DNA from: an uncultured Candidatus Peribacteria bacterium | GTDB taxonomy: Bacteria; Patescibacteriota; Gracilibacteria; Peribacterales; Peribacteraceae | Reading direction: 5' to 3' | Length of the DNA: 64,000 nt | NCBI GenBank assembly: GCA_964603635.1 | Contig: CAZRVH010000004.1 | Coordinates: 6,816 to 70,815 of the forward strand | Shown here: piece after piece, positions 51,850-60,574 of the stretch | Position numbering within the stretch: the stretch's first letter is position 1 | Layout: every line of letters begins with the position of its first letter | Position numbers and translations under genes: made by a program | The notes under the pieces: generated by a model | Told to the model about the DNA's origin: nothing | Databases searched by the model: none | What the model saw: the letters and a program-made list of their open reading frames with translations, nothing else

Positions 51850-53115
51850 ATGCTCGTATCCCAGCTTTTCACCAAGACATCCAAGGAATCCACCAGTGAC
51901 GCGTCCAGCAAGAACGCGGACCTTCTGACGCGTGCCGGATTCATCAACAAGTCCATGGCGGGCGTGTATTCCTACCTGCCGCTGGGCCTCAAGGTTATCA
52001 AGAAAATCGAGAACATCGTGCGCGAGGAAATGGATGGTATCGGCGGACAGGAAATCCTGATGTCCGCGTTGGCGCCGAAGGAATACTGGGAGACGACGGG
52101 GAGGTGGGACCACAAGGTCCTGGACGTGCTGTTCCATGTTCCCGCCGCAGGTGACACCGAATACGCGCTGAACCCGACGCACGAGGAAATGGTGACGCCG
52201 CTCGCAAGGCAGTTCGTGAAGTCGTACAGGGATCTTCCCTTCAGCGCTTACCAGATCCAGACGAAGTTCCGAAACGAATTGCGCGCCAAGAGCGGAGTGA
52301 TGCGCGGACGCGAGTTCATCATGAAAGACCTCTATTCGTTCCATGCCACGCAGCAAGATTTGGACCGTTTCTACGAAGTCGCCCAGGGCGCGTATGACAG
52401 GATCTTCGAGCGGCTGGGATTGGCGGAGAAAACGTATCTGACCTATGCCTCCGGTGGTACGTTCTCGAAGTATTCCCATGAATACCAAGTGGTTCTGCCC
52501 AGCGGCGAAGACGTCATCTACGTCAGCGAGGAGGCGGAGAAGCAGGGCAAGCGCATCGCTATCAACAAGGAGATTTACGAAGCCGGCGTGACCGTCTGTC
52601 CCGTCACCGGGGGCACCGCGTTTCGCGAGGAAAAGGCGTCCGAAGCGGCCAATATCTTCAAGCTTGGCACACGCTTCTCGGAGCCCTTCGACCTCAGCTA
52701 CGTCGGCCAGGATGGCAAGAAGCAGCACGTGATCATGGGGTGTTACGGCATCGGCATCTCGCGCCTCATGGGCGTCGTTGCGGAAGCGTTCTCCACCGAC
52801 AAGGGGTTGATGTGGCCCGCCAGCATCGCGCCGTTTGACGTGCATATCGTCCCGATCGCCAAGGGGGAGGATGAAGAGGCATACAAGGCGGCCGTCGATC
52901 TGAAGAAGAAATTCGAGAAACAGGGCAAAACGGTTCTCTTTGATGATCGCACCGATGCATCCGTCGGATTCAAGCTTGGTGACAGCGATCTCATCGGCAT
53001 CCCACTGCGCATCGTCGTTTCGCCGAAGACCTTGGAGCAGGGAACGGTGGAAGTATTGGACCGGGTGACCGGCAAAACGGATATGATTGCACCCGATAGC
53101 GTCCTTTCCCTCTGA
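51850..53115 (+). CDS. proS: Prolyl-tRNA synthetase, bacterial-type core without the INS editing domain
   Basis: ORF track starts at GTG 51832; ATG 51850 (MLVSQLFTKT). Class II motifs FRNELRAKSGVMRGREFIMKD and GCYGIGISRL, with an anticodon-binding C-terminus. Only ~60 aa lie where INS normally sits. Confidence 0.85.
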   Translation: MLVSQLFTKTSKESTSDASSKNADLLTRAGFINKSMAGVYSYLPLGLKVIKKIENIVREEMDGIGGQEILMSALAPKEYWETTGRWDHKVLDVLFHVPAAGDTEYALNPTHEEMVTPLARQFVKSYRDLPFSAYQIQTKFRNELRAKSGVMRGREFIMKDLYSFHATQQDLDRFYEVAQGAYDRIFERLGLAEKTYLTYASGGTFSKYSHEYQVVLPSGEDVIYVSEEAEKQGKRIAINKEIYEAGVTVCPVTGGTAFREEKASEAANIFKLGTRFSEPFDLSYVGQDGKKQHVIMGCYGIGISRLMGVVAEAFSTDKGLMWPASIAPFDVHIVPIAKGEDEEAYKAAVDLKKKFEKQGKTVLFDDRTDASVGFKLGDSDLIGIPLRIVVSPKTLEQGTVEVLDRVTGKTDMIAPDSVLSL

Positions 53116-53609
53116 TGCATATGGCCCAGCACGGACTCATCCAACGGTTCTTCGCCTGGTACGAGCGGCATTACCGCGTCGCGTTGACCATCACCACGAT
53201 CCTGTTCTTCCTCCAGGTAGTCCACCTATACTGGCTGGCCGCGCATGTGATTTCCGACCGCCTCCTGGGGTACAGCTTCTTCACGCCCAGTCCTTTCTGG
53301 CAGTTCGTCATCATCCTCATCGACTACACCGAGATCCCCGCGCTCATCTCCACCACGGTCCTGTACCTGCACGAATTCCGCAAAGGCTTCAAGTGGAAGG
53401 CCATCCTGTTCCTGTTCCTGCTCAATTCGCAGTGGCTGCATCTCTTCTGGATCACCGACGAGTTCGTCGTCGATACGTTCCAGGGCGTCACGAACCAGAC
53501 CATCCTGCCTTGGTGGCTCGCGTGGATCGCGATCATGATCGATTACCTGGAAGTGCCGGTGATCATCGATACGGTCGGGAAGACGGTGAGGAGTTGGATG
53601 GGGAAATAG
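53115..53609 (+). CDS. Membrane protein, unknown function
   Basis: 164 aa with four hydrophobic helices. ATG overlaps the proS stop (TGATG). Confidence 0.5.
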   Translation: MHMAQHGLIQRFFAWYERHYRVALTITTILFFLQVVHLYWLAAHVISDRLLGYSFFTPSPFWQFVIILIDYTEIPALISTTVLYLHEFRKGFKWKAILFLFLLNSQWLHLFWITDEFVVDTFQGVTNQTILPWWLAWIAIMIDYLEVPVIIDTVGKTVRSWMGK

Positions 53610-53674
53610 CTTGTGGGTTGTGGCTTGTAGGAAATGAAAAAAGATTCCATCCCTACCACCTACAACCTACAACC
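53609..53674. repeat. GGTTGTAGG-type hairpin element between convergent genes
   Basis: gcttgtgggttgtggcttgtagg ... cctaccacctacaacctacaacc. Same units as 23628-23695. Confidence 0.5.
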
Positions 53675-54090
53675 TAAAACCTACTCACCCACACCCCGAT
53701 CTGCGTCACCACGGCGCCGAACGCGATGCCCGCGATCACTTCCGCGAAGGAGTGGCCCAGGCGGATTTTCAGTTTTTGCTTACGCTGCAATTTGTTCAGG
53801 ATTTCCGCTTGCTGGCCCACCGCGCGGCGTACGCTCATCGCGTCGTACCACACGACCGATGCGAATACGAAGGCCATGGCGAACTCCACGGACTGCATTC
53901 CCAGTTTCTGGTACACGATGATGATGAGCGAGGTGACGAACGCGGAGTGCGAACTGGGCATGCCGCCGGATTTGAATATGCCCTCGTCCCAGTCGCCGGT
54001 TTTCATGTATTCCACAAGCACCTTCGCCACTTCCGACAGGAAGAGGACGACCAAGGGAATGAGAAAGAGATATTCGCTGAGGATGACCAC
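53674..54090 (-). CDS. DUF212 (divergent PAP2 / acid-phosphatase-related) membrane protein
   Basis: ORF track 53674..54159. GTG 54090 is preferred because it avoids a 46-nt overlap with the upstream gene. GGMPSSHSAFVTSL ... YDAMSVRRAVG fit DUF212. Confidence 0.65.
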   Translation of the reverse strand: MVILSEYLFLIPLVVLFLSEVAKVLVEYMKTGDWDEGIFKSGGMPSSHSAFVTSLIIIVYQKLGMQSVEFAMAFVFASVVWYDAMSVRRAVGQQAEILNKLQRKQKLKIRLGHSFAEVIAGIAFGAVVTQIGVWVSRF

Positions 54091-54113
54091 ATCCGCAGTA
54101 TAGCATGTTCGGT

Positions 54114-54626
54114 TTACCGGCGTTCGATGCTTACCGTGTTTCCGTCTTCCGCGGTCCATGCGTACGTTCCCGTGCTCAGAAGCGTGCGGAGGATATCCTT
54201 CAACTTCGTATCGTCCGCTTCGAACGATGCTTTCTTGCCGAATGCGCCCGCTTCCAACGTAAAGATGCCCGCCGTGCGTTCCGCCTTGGTGATATCCCAG
54301 GCGGTGCCCTCGCAGGCAACGACATGGTTTTTGCCATCCAGGACGATCCTCCTGTGCGTAAAGACGATCGTGTGGTTACGGCCGTTGAGTCCAACCGTGC
54401 GCGGCGTTCCGTCGATGAGCGTCCTGCCCTCCGGGAGTTCCAGGGAATAGGGCTCGATTGCTTTCGTCATCTTCTCCAACACCGTACGCATCGGCTTTTT
54501 CTTCGGAGCCGGAACCTCGGCCGTGGATTCGGATTTTTCTTCCGCGCGGAAAAAGCGGAGCAACCTGCCCATCAGCGGCTTCGATCCGTTCTTCGCCTGC
54601 TGTTTAGACGCTTGGGGATTCGTCAT
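54114..54626 (-). CDS. Hypothetical protein (170 aa), last gene of the orphan operon
   Basis: Basic disordered N-terminus, then a beta-rich region. Overlaps the preceding gene by 23 nt (alternative ATG at 54572). Confidence 0.5.
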   Translation of the reverse strand: MTNPQASKQQAKNGSKPLMGRLLRFFRAEEKSESTAEVPAPKKKPMRTVLEKMTKAIEPYSLELPEGRTLIDGTPRTVGLNGRNHTIVFTHRRIVLDGKNHVVACEGTAWDITKAERTAGIFTLEAGAFGKKASFEADDTKLKDILRTLLSTGTYAWTAEDGNTVSIERR

Positions 54627-56841
54627 TCGAAGAGAAAGGAAGTTTATCCATCACGTAATCCTTGGCATTGCCGGCGGCTTCCACGGTCGCGTTGGCTCCG
54701 ATATTCACCATGCTTGCGCCCTGCTGCGCGAACGTGCCGATCTTCTCCAGCGCGCCGCCGACGTTCTGTGCCACGGTGGACATGCCGCAGGCGAGCGAAA
54801 CGCCCAACTGGGTATACGTAACGATCTGCATCGTGTGCTGCGCGCCTCGGGCGACGTTGTGTGCCTTGTGGAGCAGACTGCCCGCCTTGCCGACGGACTT
54901 CGTCGTATCATACATGTTTTCCATGCTCTTGATCGTCTCTGCGGCTGCGTTCGCCGACTTGATGACATCCGCCGTGACGCCGGCGGTCTTCACCGTATCG
55001 GCTGTCTTCAGGACGGCTTTTCCCGCCTTCATTGCTCCGCGCGCGGCGCGGTAGGCGATCGTCGTGGTTCCCGCGGTGAAGAATCCCAGGATGTCCGCGG
55101 TCATGCCCACCGTTCCGAAGGCCGCGGACGTGACGCGGCCCCACGTATCCAATTCGCGGCCGTTGAGGTCCGTTCCCAGGATGGCGGCGCGGAAGTCCAT
55201 GACGTTGCCGACGATGGGGACGAAGCCCAGGCCCGCTTCCGTCGCGTCGAGCATCACGGCTTTCCGGGCTGCTTCGCCTTCCTTTCCCTGGCGGAACGCC
55301 GCGACTCCTTCCGTAATCAGGGGCAGGAACGAGTAAGCCGCGACCCCCTTCACGACGAAGCCGACGGGGGTCCTGGCCAGGCTGAACCCGAAGGATTCCA
55401 TGCCGGACGCCGTTTTTTCCAGCGTGCGGTTCACGATATTCGGTTGCTCCGCGCGTTCCAGATGATGTTGCGCCTGCGCGTCGAGCATGCCCATCAGGCT
55501 CGCTGCTTTCTGGCCTTCGGCAAGTTTCGAAGAGGTGGCCTTCGCGTTGAATTCGGCGGTCAGATCGTTGACATCCTTGATGACTCTATTGCGATATTCA
55601 TCGGGACTCCCCGGCTGCGTCCCGTTTTTCAGTTTTTCTTCCGCGTCCTTCAGCATTCCTTCGACGCGGTTTTTCGTTGCTTTGAAGTCGGCGATTTCCT
55701 GCCTGGACACTTCATCCATGTGGGACAGGACTTCCGCGCGACGTTGTTCCAGTTCCGCGGGGTCCGCGCCGACCGTCTGCATCACGTCCTTTGGGGTGAA
55801 GCCCACTTCTTTTTCCAGCGTCGTCAGGATGTCTTCCAATTCTTTACCCTCCTTGCCGGTGATGGCAAATCCCTTGTGCTTCGCGATGATCTCCAGTCCG
55901 CGTTTGGCCAATGCCTGCTTTCCTTCCATGGCCGCGTCGAGTGTCTTGTTCGCGCCGTCCGCATCGCGCAGGAATGTTTTGAACTTACGCTCCACCAGCA
56001 TGCTCGAATACGCGGCCTTGAGCACGGAGTTCCCGCCGCGCAGTCGCGCCCCGGCCTGCCACGCCATGATGACCGGCGGGCGGATGGTGGCGGATTCGCC
56101 GAGAAGGGAGGGGATCGAGACGACGCCCGTTTCCTCGTCGTAGGTTCCTCCCAGAATACCTGCGAGGCCCTTGGCCAGGACGGAAATACCGCCGTCCGCG
56201 GCCTTCGCAGCGATGTCCTTTACCCTTTCGGCATAGGAGCGGACCACGTCCTCCGCCGGCTCGGTGCTCGCCTCGATCTTTTCCTGCAGGACCCGCGTGA
56301 TAGGACCTTCGTTCTGCGTCAGGTAGTCGGCGACCTGGGGCGTCGCCTTCACCCCTATCATCGCCAGGAAGGAGGCGAACGCCGGATACTCCTTCGCGCC
56401 TTCCAGGGCGGTGCGGAAATACCCCTTTTCCTTGATCGATTCCTGCAACGCAACGGCCTTCTTGAATCCGAGCCATCCCAGCATTTTCAGAAGGAACGTT
56501 CCGATGCGGTACTTGATGCCGCCTTTCTTCTCCAGTTCTTCCTTGAATGTTTCTTCCGCCGCGGCGGAACCGGCCGTGATGCCGGACCGCAGCATTTTCC
56601 ATTGTTCTTTCGTATCCAGCGACACGTCCACTTCCTCCATGCGTTTCGCGATGGCGTCCTGCACGTCCGTTTCGCGGAAGATGTCGGGTATGGCCTTGGG
56701 TCCGTTCATGTCCTCGATCGTCTTCGCGAGTTCGGCCGCCGTCATGGACTTCACGCGTTCGCGCAAGGCATGGCGGTCGGTTTCCCGCAGGGGGGAATCC
56801 GGGCTTTCCTTAGCCGTGACCGGGATGGATGGGATCTTCAT
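54604..56841 (-). CDS. Large hypothetical protein (745 aa) with pre-toxin-TG-like segment and Gly/Ala-rich hydrophobic tail
   Basis: EAGLGFVPIVGNVMDFRAAILGTDLNGRELDTWGRVTSAAFGTVG resembles the PT-TG module. No signal peptide. Several amphipathic/hydrophobic stretches. Confidence 0.6.
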   Translation of the reverse strand: MKIPSIPVTAKESPDSPLRETDRHALRERVKSMTAAELAKTIEDMNGPKAIPDIFRETDVQDAIAKRMEEVDVSLDTKEQWKMLRSGITAGSAAAEETFKEELEKKGGIKYRIGTFLLKMLGWLGFKKAVALQESIKEKGYFRTALEGAKEYPAFASFLAMIGVKATPQVADYLTQNEGPITRVLQEKIEASTEPAEDVVRSYAERVKDIAAKAADGGISVLAKGLAGILGGTYDEETGVVSIPSLLGESATIRPPVIMAWQAGARLRGGNSVLKAAYSSMLVERKFKTFLRDADGANKTLDAAMEGKQALAKRGLEIIAKHKGFAITGKEGKELEDILTTLEKEVGFTPKDVMQTVGADPAELEQRRAEVLSHMDEVSRQEIADFKATKNRVEGMLKDAEEKLKNGTQPGSPDEYRNRVIKDVNDLTAEFNAKATSSKLAEGQKAASLMGMLDAQAQHHLERAEQPNIVNRTLEKTASGMESFGFSLARTPVGFVVKGVAAYSFLPLITEGVAAFRQGKEGEAARKAVMLDATEAGLGFVPIVGNVMDFRAAILGTDLNGRELDTWGRVTSAAFGTVGMTADILGFFTAGTTTIAYRAARGAMKAGKAVLKTADTVKTAGVTADVIKSANAAAETIKSMENMYDTTKSVGKAGSLLHKAHNVARGAQHTMQIVTYTQLGVSLACGMSTVAQNVGGALEKIGTFAQQGASMVNIGANATVEAAGNAKDYVMDKLPFSSNDESPSV

Positions 56842-56848
56842 GCGTTTG

Positions 56849-58393
56849 TCAGAGCGCCAGCTTGGCCTTCAGCGCCTGCTGGATTTTCAGGATGGCGCCA
56901 CGCGATTTGCCTTCAAGCGCGGGATTGTTCCACAGATATCCTTCCTTCTTTTTATACGGGTCGATGCCCAGGAATTTTTCCACCGCCACCACGGGGTTGG
57001 TCAGGACTGCCTCCTTCCAATTCTCCAGCACGTTCGCATCCGCGAAATATCCTGTCAGCCACGAGCTTCCTTGCGAGGTGTCCGTCGCTTCCAAGACACC
57101 GTCGTCTATTTGCAGGGCCAATGCCGTTTTGAATGCGTCGGATTCCAATTTGTGGGCCACTTCCGATGCAATGATTTTCCAATCGTTTTTCTTATCGATA
57201 TCGATGGCATTCGATCCGGCCACCTCGTTCAATGCTTCCGCGAGGGCGATGATATGGCGGCTGTTTTTTTGCTCAGGAGTTTCAGAGGGTCCTCCCGGAG
57301 GCGCGCCCGGCGCGGGAGCCGGGACCGCGACGGCAGGAATGCCAAGCACTCCCGCAAGGGCATTCATTTTGGCGCGGAGTTCCTTCACGGGAACGCTGAT
57401 GCTCGCCTGCGCTTCGTCGAGGCGTCTCAGGGTCGTGAAGTCGGCTTCCGCGTTTGTCTTCCATTCCCATGCGCCGGCGGCGTTCTTCTTGAAAAACACG
57501 GCGTTGATCGGGATTCCGGCCGCCGTATCGCCGAGCGCTTGTCCGTCCAGTTTCCACAGTTCGGGATCCTTCGCGTCCTGGACGAAGCCGTTTTCCTTCA
57601 GCTTCTTGAGTTGCGTGTCGTTCTTATTGTTTGCATCGGTGATTTCCTCGGGCGACTTCGTGCCGGCGAGGTCCGCCATCGTGACGCCGACGAGCTTGGT
57701 GTTTTTTAGTTCGACGATCCTTAGCTGGATGAATTGTTCGAACGTGAAGTTCTCCGCCGTCTTCGTGCCGCCGGTGATGGCCGCCTTGTACGCGTCACGC
57801 AACGTTTTGTTGCTGGCGATGTCCGTGTCGGCCTTCAAGACGTTCCTGCCGAACGCCGTATCCTTTTCCATGAATTCATGGATGTCGGCTACCTCGACCG
57901 CCGGGCGTGCCCAGTCCGCGAGGAATGCGAGTTGCGGAAACATCTCCCCGATTTTCAGGAGGCCCCTCTTGCCGCTGACACTGAGATTGTCCCACATTTT
58001 TTTCATCGCCTCGCCCATTTTCCCCAGTCCTTCCATCGCCTTGCCGAGCCCGTTGGAGAGGGCCGCCGATATTCCCGTCGCCGAGGCGGGAGCCATGGCT
58101 GCGGCGGGTGCCCGAGCGGGGGCAGTGGGAAGCGTGCGTATGCTTGCTTCGATCCCTTCCATTCTTATGACGTCATCCAGATGCTCCTGCATCTCCTCTT
58201 CCACGAGGGCGTCCCTCTTGGCCTTCGCAGTGTCGCGCTTCGCTTCGAGTTGCACTTTCAGTGCGTTACGCTCCGCCTTGAGTCCGTCCAACTTCGCTTG
58301 TTCGTCCGGCGTGAGTGCGCCGTCGACGCTGAGGTTCTCCATTTTTGTCCGCAGGTCCGTTACTTGCTTTTTTTCGGCTGTCATCGACTGCAT
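56849..58393 (-). CDS. Large hypothetical protein (~514 aa), coiled-coil N-terminus
   Basis: ORF track 56849..58513. ATG 58393 (MQSMTAEKKQV) is taken because the upstream part overlaps a TGCTATAAT box. Ala/Pro-rich linkers. No family recognised. Confidence 0.55.
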   Translation of the reverse strand: MQSMTAEKKQVTDLRTKMENLSVDGALTPDEQAKLDGLKAERNALKVQLEAKRDTAKAKRDALVEEEMQEHLDDVIRMEGIEASIRTLPTAPARAPAAAMAPASATGISAALSNGLGKAMEGLGKMGEAMKKMWDNLSVSGKRGLLKIGEMFPQLAFLADWARPAVEVADIHEFMEKDTAFGRNVLKADTDIASNKTLRDAYKAAITGGTKTAENFTFEQFIQLRIVELKNTKLVGVTMADLAGTKSPEEITDANNKNDTQLKKLKENGFVQDAKDPELWKLDGQALGDTAAGIPINAVFFKKNAAGAWEWKTNAEADFTTLRRLDEAQASISVPVKELRAKMNALAGVLGIPAVAVPAPAPGAPPGGPSETPEQKNSRHIIALAEALNEVAGSNAIDIDKKNDWKIIASEVAHKLESDAFKTALALQIDDGVLEATDTSQGSSWLTGYFADANVLENWKEAVLTNPVVAVEKFLGIDPYKKKEGYLWNNPALEGKSRGAILKIQQALKAKLAL

Positions 58394-58421
58394 ACGTGTG
58401 TATGGGTATGAATTTCCAATC

Positions 58422-58430
58422 ATTATAGCA
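58422..58430 (-). promoter_or_regulatory. Extended -10 box TGCTATAAT upstream of the orphan operon
   Basis: Minus strand reads aaaaTGCTATAATgattggaa, nearly identical over 17 nt to the box at 5158-5166. Confidence 0.4.
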
Positions 58431-58627
58431 TTTTCGGGCTTTTTGTGCAATTCAGCCTTTTTCATCCGTCCGCGCCTACGCTGCTTTCCCATGGAAGCCG
58501 AATCTCCTGGCATGCCTGGAAACGGCTTGGTTCCGCGAGGTTTCGCCTTTTAAAAGATTCGGAGGCTTCATGCCCTTTTCCGGCGCGTTTGTGCTATAGT
58601 CCAAAGCATTCTTTCCCCCCCTTCTCC

Positions 58628-58975
58628 ATGCGTCTGGAACACTATGAAAAGGGCATTCAGTACACCGCGGACGATTTGCTGCTCGTCGCCCGCAAAATGG
58701 GCAAACTGGCGACGTATTGCAGCAGATTGAAAGACGAGGCGTCGGTCATCCGCATCGAGGCGGAAAAACGCGAAACCAAGAAAGCATCGGATGAGATCAA
58801 GGTGATGATCACCATCGAGGTGCCGGGCAAGGTGTTCCGCGCGGAGTCCCGCAAATCGAGCCTGCGCGAAGCCGTGGACCGCGCGAGCGAAAAATTGGAG
58901 CCGCAGATCGTGAAGTACAAGGAACTTCGTACGGGCAAGGCCAGGGCGCGCAGGCGTTCCCTTTCCGCAGCCTGA
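58628..58975 (+). CDS. hpf: Ribosome hibernation-promoting factor (short HPF/RaiA type)
   Basis: ORF track 58445..58975; ATG 58628 (MRLEHYEKGIQYT). IEVPGKVFRAESRKSSLREAVDRASEKLEPQIVKYKE matches the sigma-54-modulation/HPF fold pattern. Confidence 0.8.
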   Translation: MRLEHYEKGIQYTADDLLLVARKMGKLATYCSRLKDEASVIRIEAEKRETKKASDEIKVMITIEVPGKVFRAESRKSSLREAVDRASEKLEPQIVKYKELRTGKARARRRSLSAA

Positions 58976-58976
58976 C

Positions 58977-60512
58977 ATGACGGGCATCCGACGATTCATC
59001 GCTGCCGGCGCCTTGCTCGCGTCCCTCGCGGGCGTGACCATCGCATCCGCGCAGACATCCACGGGGTCCGTCCTGGAGGATGCCGTTCCCATTCTGGACG
59101 CCGTGATCAACGGCCCCGAGGATATCGCGGTGGGGCGCACGGCGGTGTTGGATGCGTCGTCCAGCCGGGTGACGGGGGAGGACATTTCGTACCAATGGTT
59201 TTTGAATGACGTGCGACAGCCGATCAGCCAAACGGTGGAAGCCATTTACACTCCGGACAAGCCCGGGAAGAACACATTCCGCCTCATCATCACGTCCACG
59301 GTCGCGGGCCAGCAGTTCCGTTCCGAAAGCACGCATACGATCGTCGCGTATAACAGGAAGATAGTCCTCATCGCCGACGCGTCCGTGGAGACGGCGAAGC
59401 TGCAGTCGCATGCCGCGAACGCTTCCGAGCAGGGCGTCTATATGCCGGTCATCCAAACCGCCCCGCCCTCCGGGCCGCTTGGTTCCGAGCAGTCTTTGGC
59501 GGAGCTGTTGGCGGAGCGAAACAACGTTCTTTTGGGGGCGGATGCCATCATCCTGTGGACCGACGGGGTGCAGGGTTTACAGGCTTTGATGGGCGTCGTG
59601 GAGGAATCCGAGGAATTGTCCGCGGGCATCCGCAACCAGAGCGTGGTGCTCATCACGCAGCGCAGCTTGCAGACCATCGCGCGCATCGCCCGCGGGTTTT
59701 ATTCCGCGTTGAACCCGGACCAGATCGTCATCACCCGGAAAGAAGGGATCAACGCGCTGCTCACCACCCCGACTATCGATGCGTTCGTGAATGATCTCGC
59801 GCAGAAGGATATCGACTCGCTACGCGTCACGTCCGCCGCATCCGGCCTGCGTCCGTGGAACATCCTCAGCAACCTCATCGACGTCATGCTCACCAACGGC
59901 ATCCCGAGCGATACCGTCATCCTGCTCCTCGTCCTGCCGATCATCGCCACCATCCTGGCCTTCCTGAAACAGGTCGTCGGCATCACGACATTCGGCTTGT
60001 ATACGCCCACGATCATTGCCCTCAGCTTCATGGCACTCGGCTGGCAAACCGGCATCGTGTCGCTGCTTTTCATCATCGCGGCGGGCTACGGGACGCGCTC
60101 GTTGCTGTCGCGTTGGCGCATGCTGTACATCCCGCGCGTCGCGATCATCCTGTCGGTCGTCAGTTTCACGCTGCTTATCCTCATGGGTATCGGCGCGGCC
60201 TTCGGCGTCGCGTTCACGCGCGAGACGGTATTCCTTCTTCTCATCATGTCCACGTTGTCCGAAAGCTTCCTGAACCTGAAGACGGAACAGGGGTGGACAT
60301 CGGCTGTTCTGGGCGTCGTCGAAACGGTTGCCGCCGCCCTCCTCTGCGTGTTCATCGTGCAATGGGCGTCGTTCCAGTCGCTCATCCTCGCGTATCCGGA
60401 ACTGATCCTGGTCACCCTTCCCATAGATGTCCTGTTGGGCAAATGGACGGGTTTGAGACTTGTGGAGTACTTCAGATTTAGGGAGGTATTCAAGCATTTG
60501 CAGGAAGAGTGA
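58977..60512 (+). CDS. Signal peptide + extracytoplasmic region + 7TM module of the type usually fused to an inactive transglutaminase
   Basis: 511 aa. Ig/PKD-like stretch (GPEDIAVGRTAVLDASSS...YQWFLND). C-terminal helices ITTFGLYTPTIIALSF ... LYIPRVAIILSVV ... ending GKWTGLRLVEYFRFREVF. Confidence 0.65.
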   Translation: MTGIRRFIAAGALLASLAGVTIASAQTSTGSVLEDAVPILDAVINGPEDIAVGRTAVLDASSSRVTGEDISYQWFLNDVRQPISQTVEAIYTPDKPGKNTFRLIITSTVAGQQFRSESTHTIVAYNRKIVLIADASVETAKLQSHAANASEQGVYMPVIQTAPPSGPLGSEQSLAELLAERNNVLLGADAIILWTDGVQGLQALMGVVEESEELSAGIRNQSVVLITQRSLQTIARIARGFYSALNPDQIVITRKEGINALLTTPTIDAFVNDLAQKDIDSLRVTSAASGLRPWNILSNLIDVMLTNGIPSDTVILLLVLPIIATILAFLKQVVGITTFGLYTPTIIALSFMALGWQTGIVSLLFIIAAGYGTRSLLSRWRMLYIPRVAIILSVVSFTLLILMGIGAAFGVAFTRETVFLLLIMSTLSESFLNLKTEQGWTSAVLGVVETVAAALLCVFIVQWASFQSLILAYPELILVTLPIDVLLGKWTGLRLVEYFRFREVFKHLQEE

Positions 60513-60574
60513 TGTGAGGAGTGAGCTTCCGAAGCTTTCCCAGCTACCGTGATCCCGGACAATATCTCCCCCTC

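Noticed and set aside
54523-57132. Very long ORFs antisense or out of frame to the genes I call. Examples: 54523..57132 (+, 869 aa), 56829..58553 (+, 574 aa), 60086..62053 (-, 655 aa), 34339..36063 (+, 574 aa), 40028..41401 (-, 457 aa), 7434..8822 (-, 462 aa), 16431..17657 (-, 408 aa) and 555..1808 (-, 417 aa).
   Set aside because: Their translations are Arg/Gly/His/Pro-rich low-complexity strings without recognisable motifs, as expected for stop-poor alternative frames in GC-rich DNA. Each fully overlaps a gene with clear family signatures or better protein-like composition.
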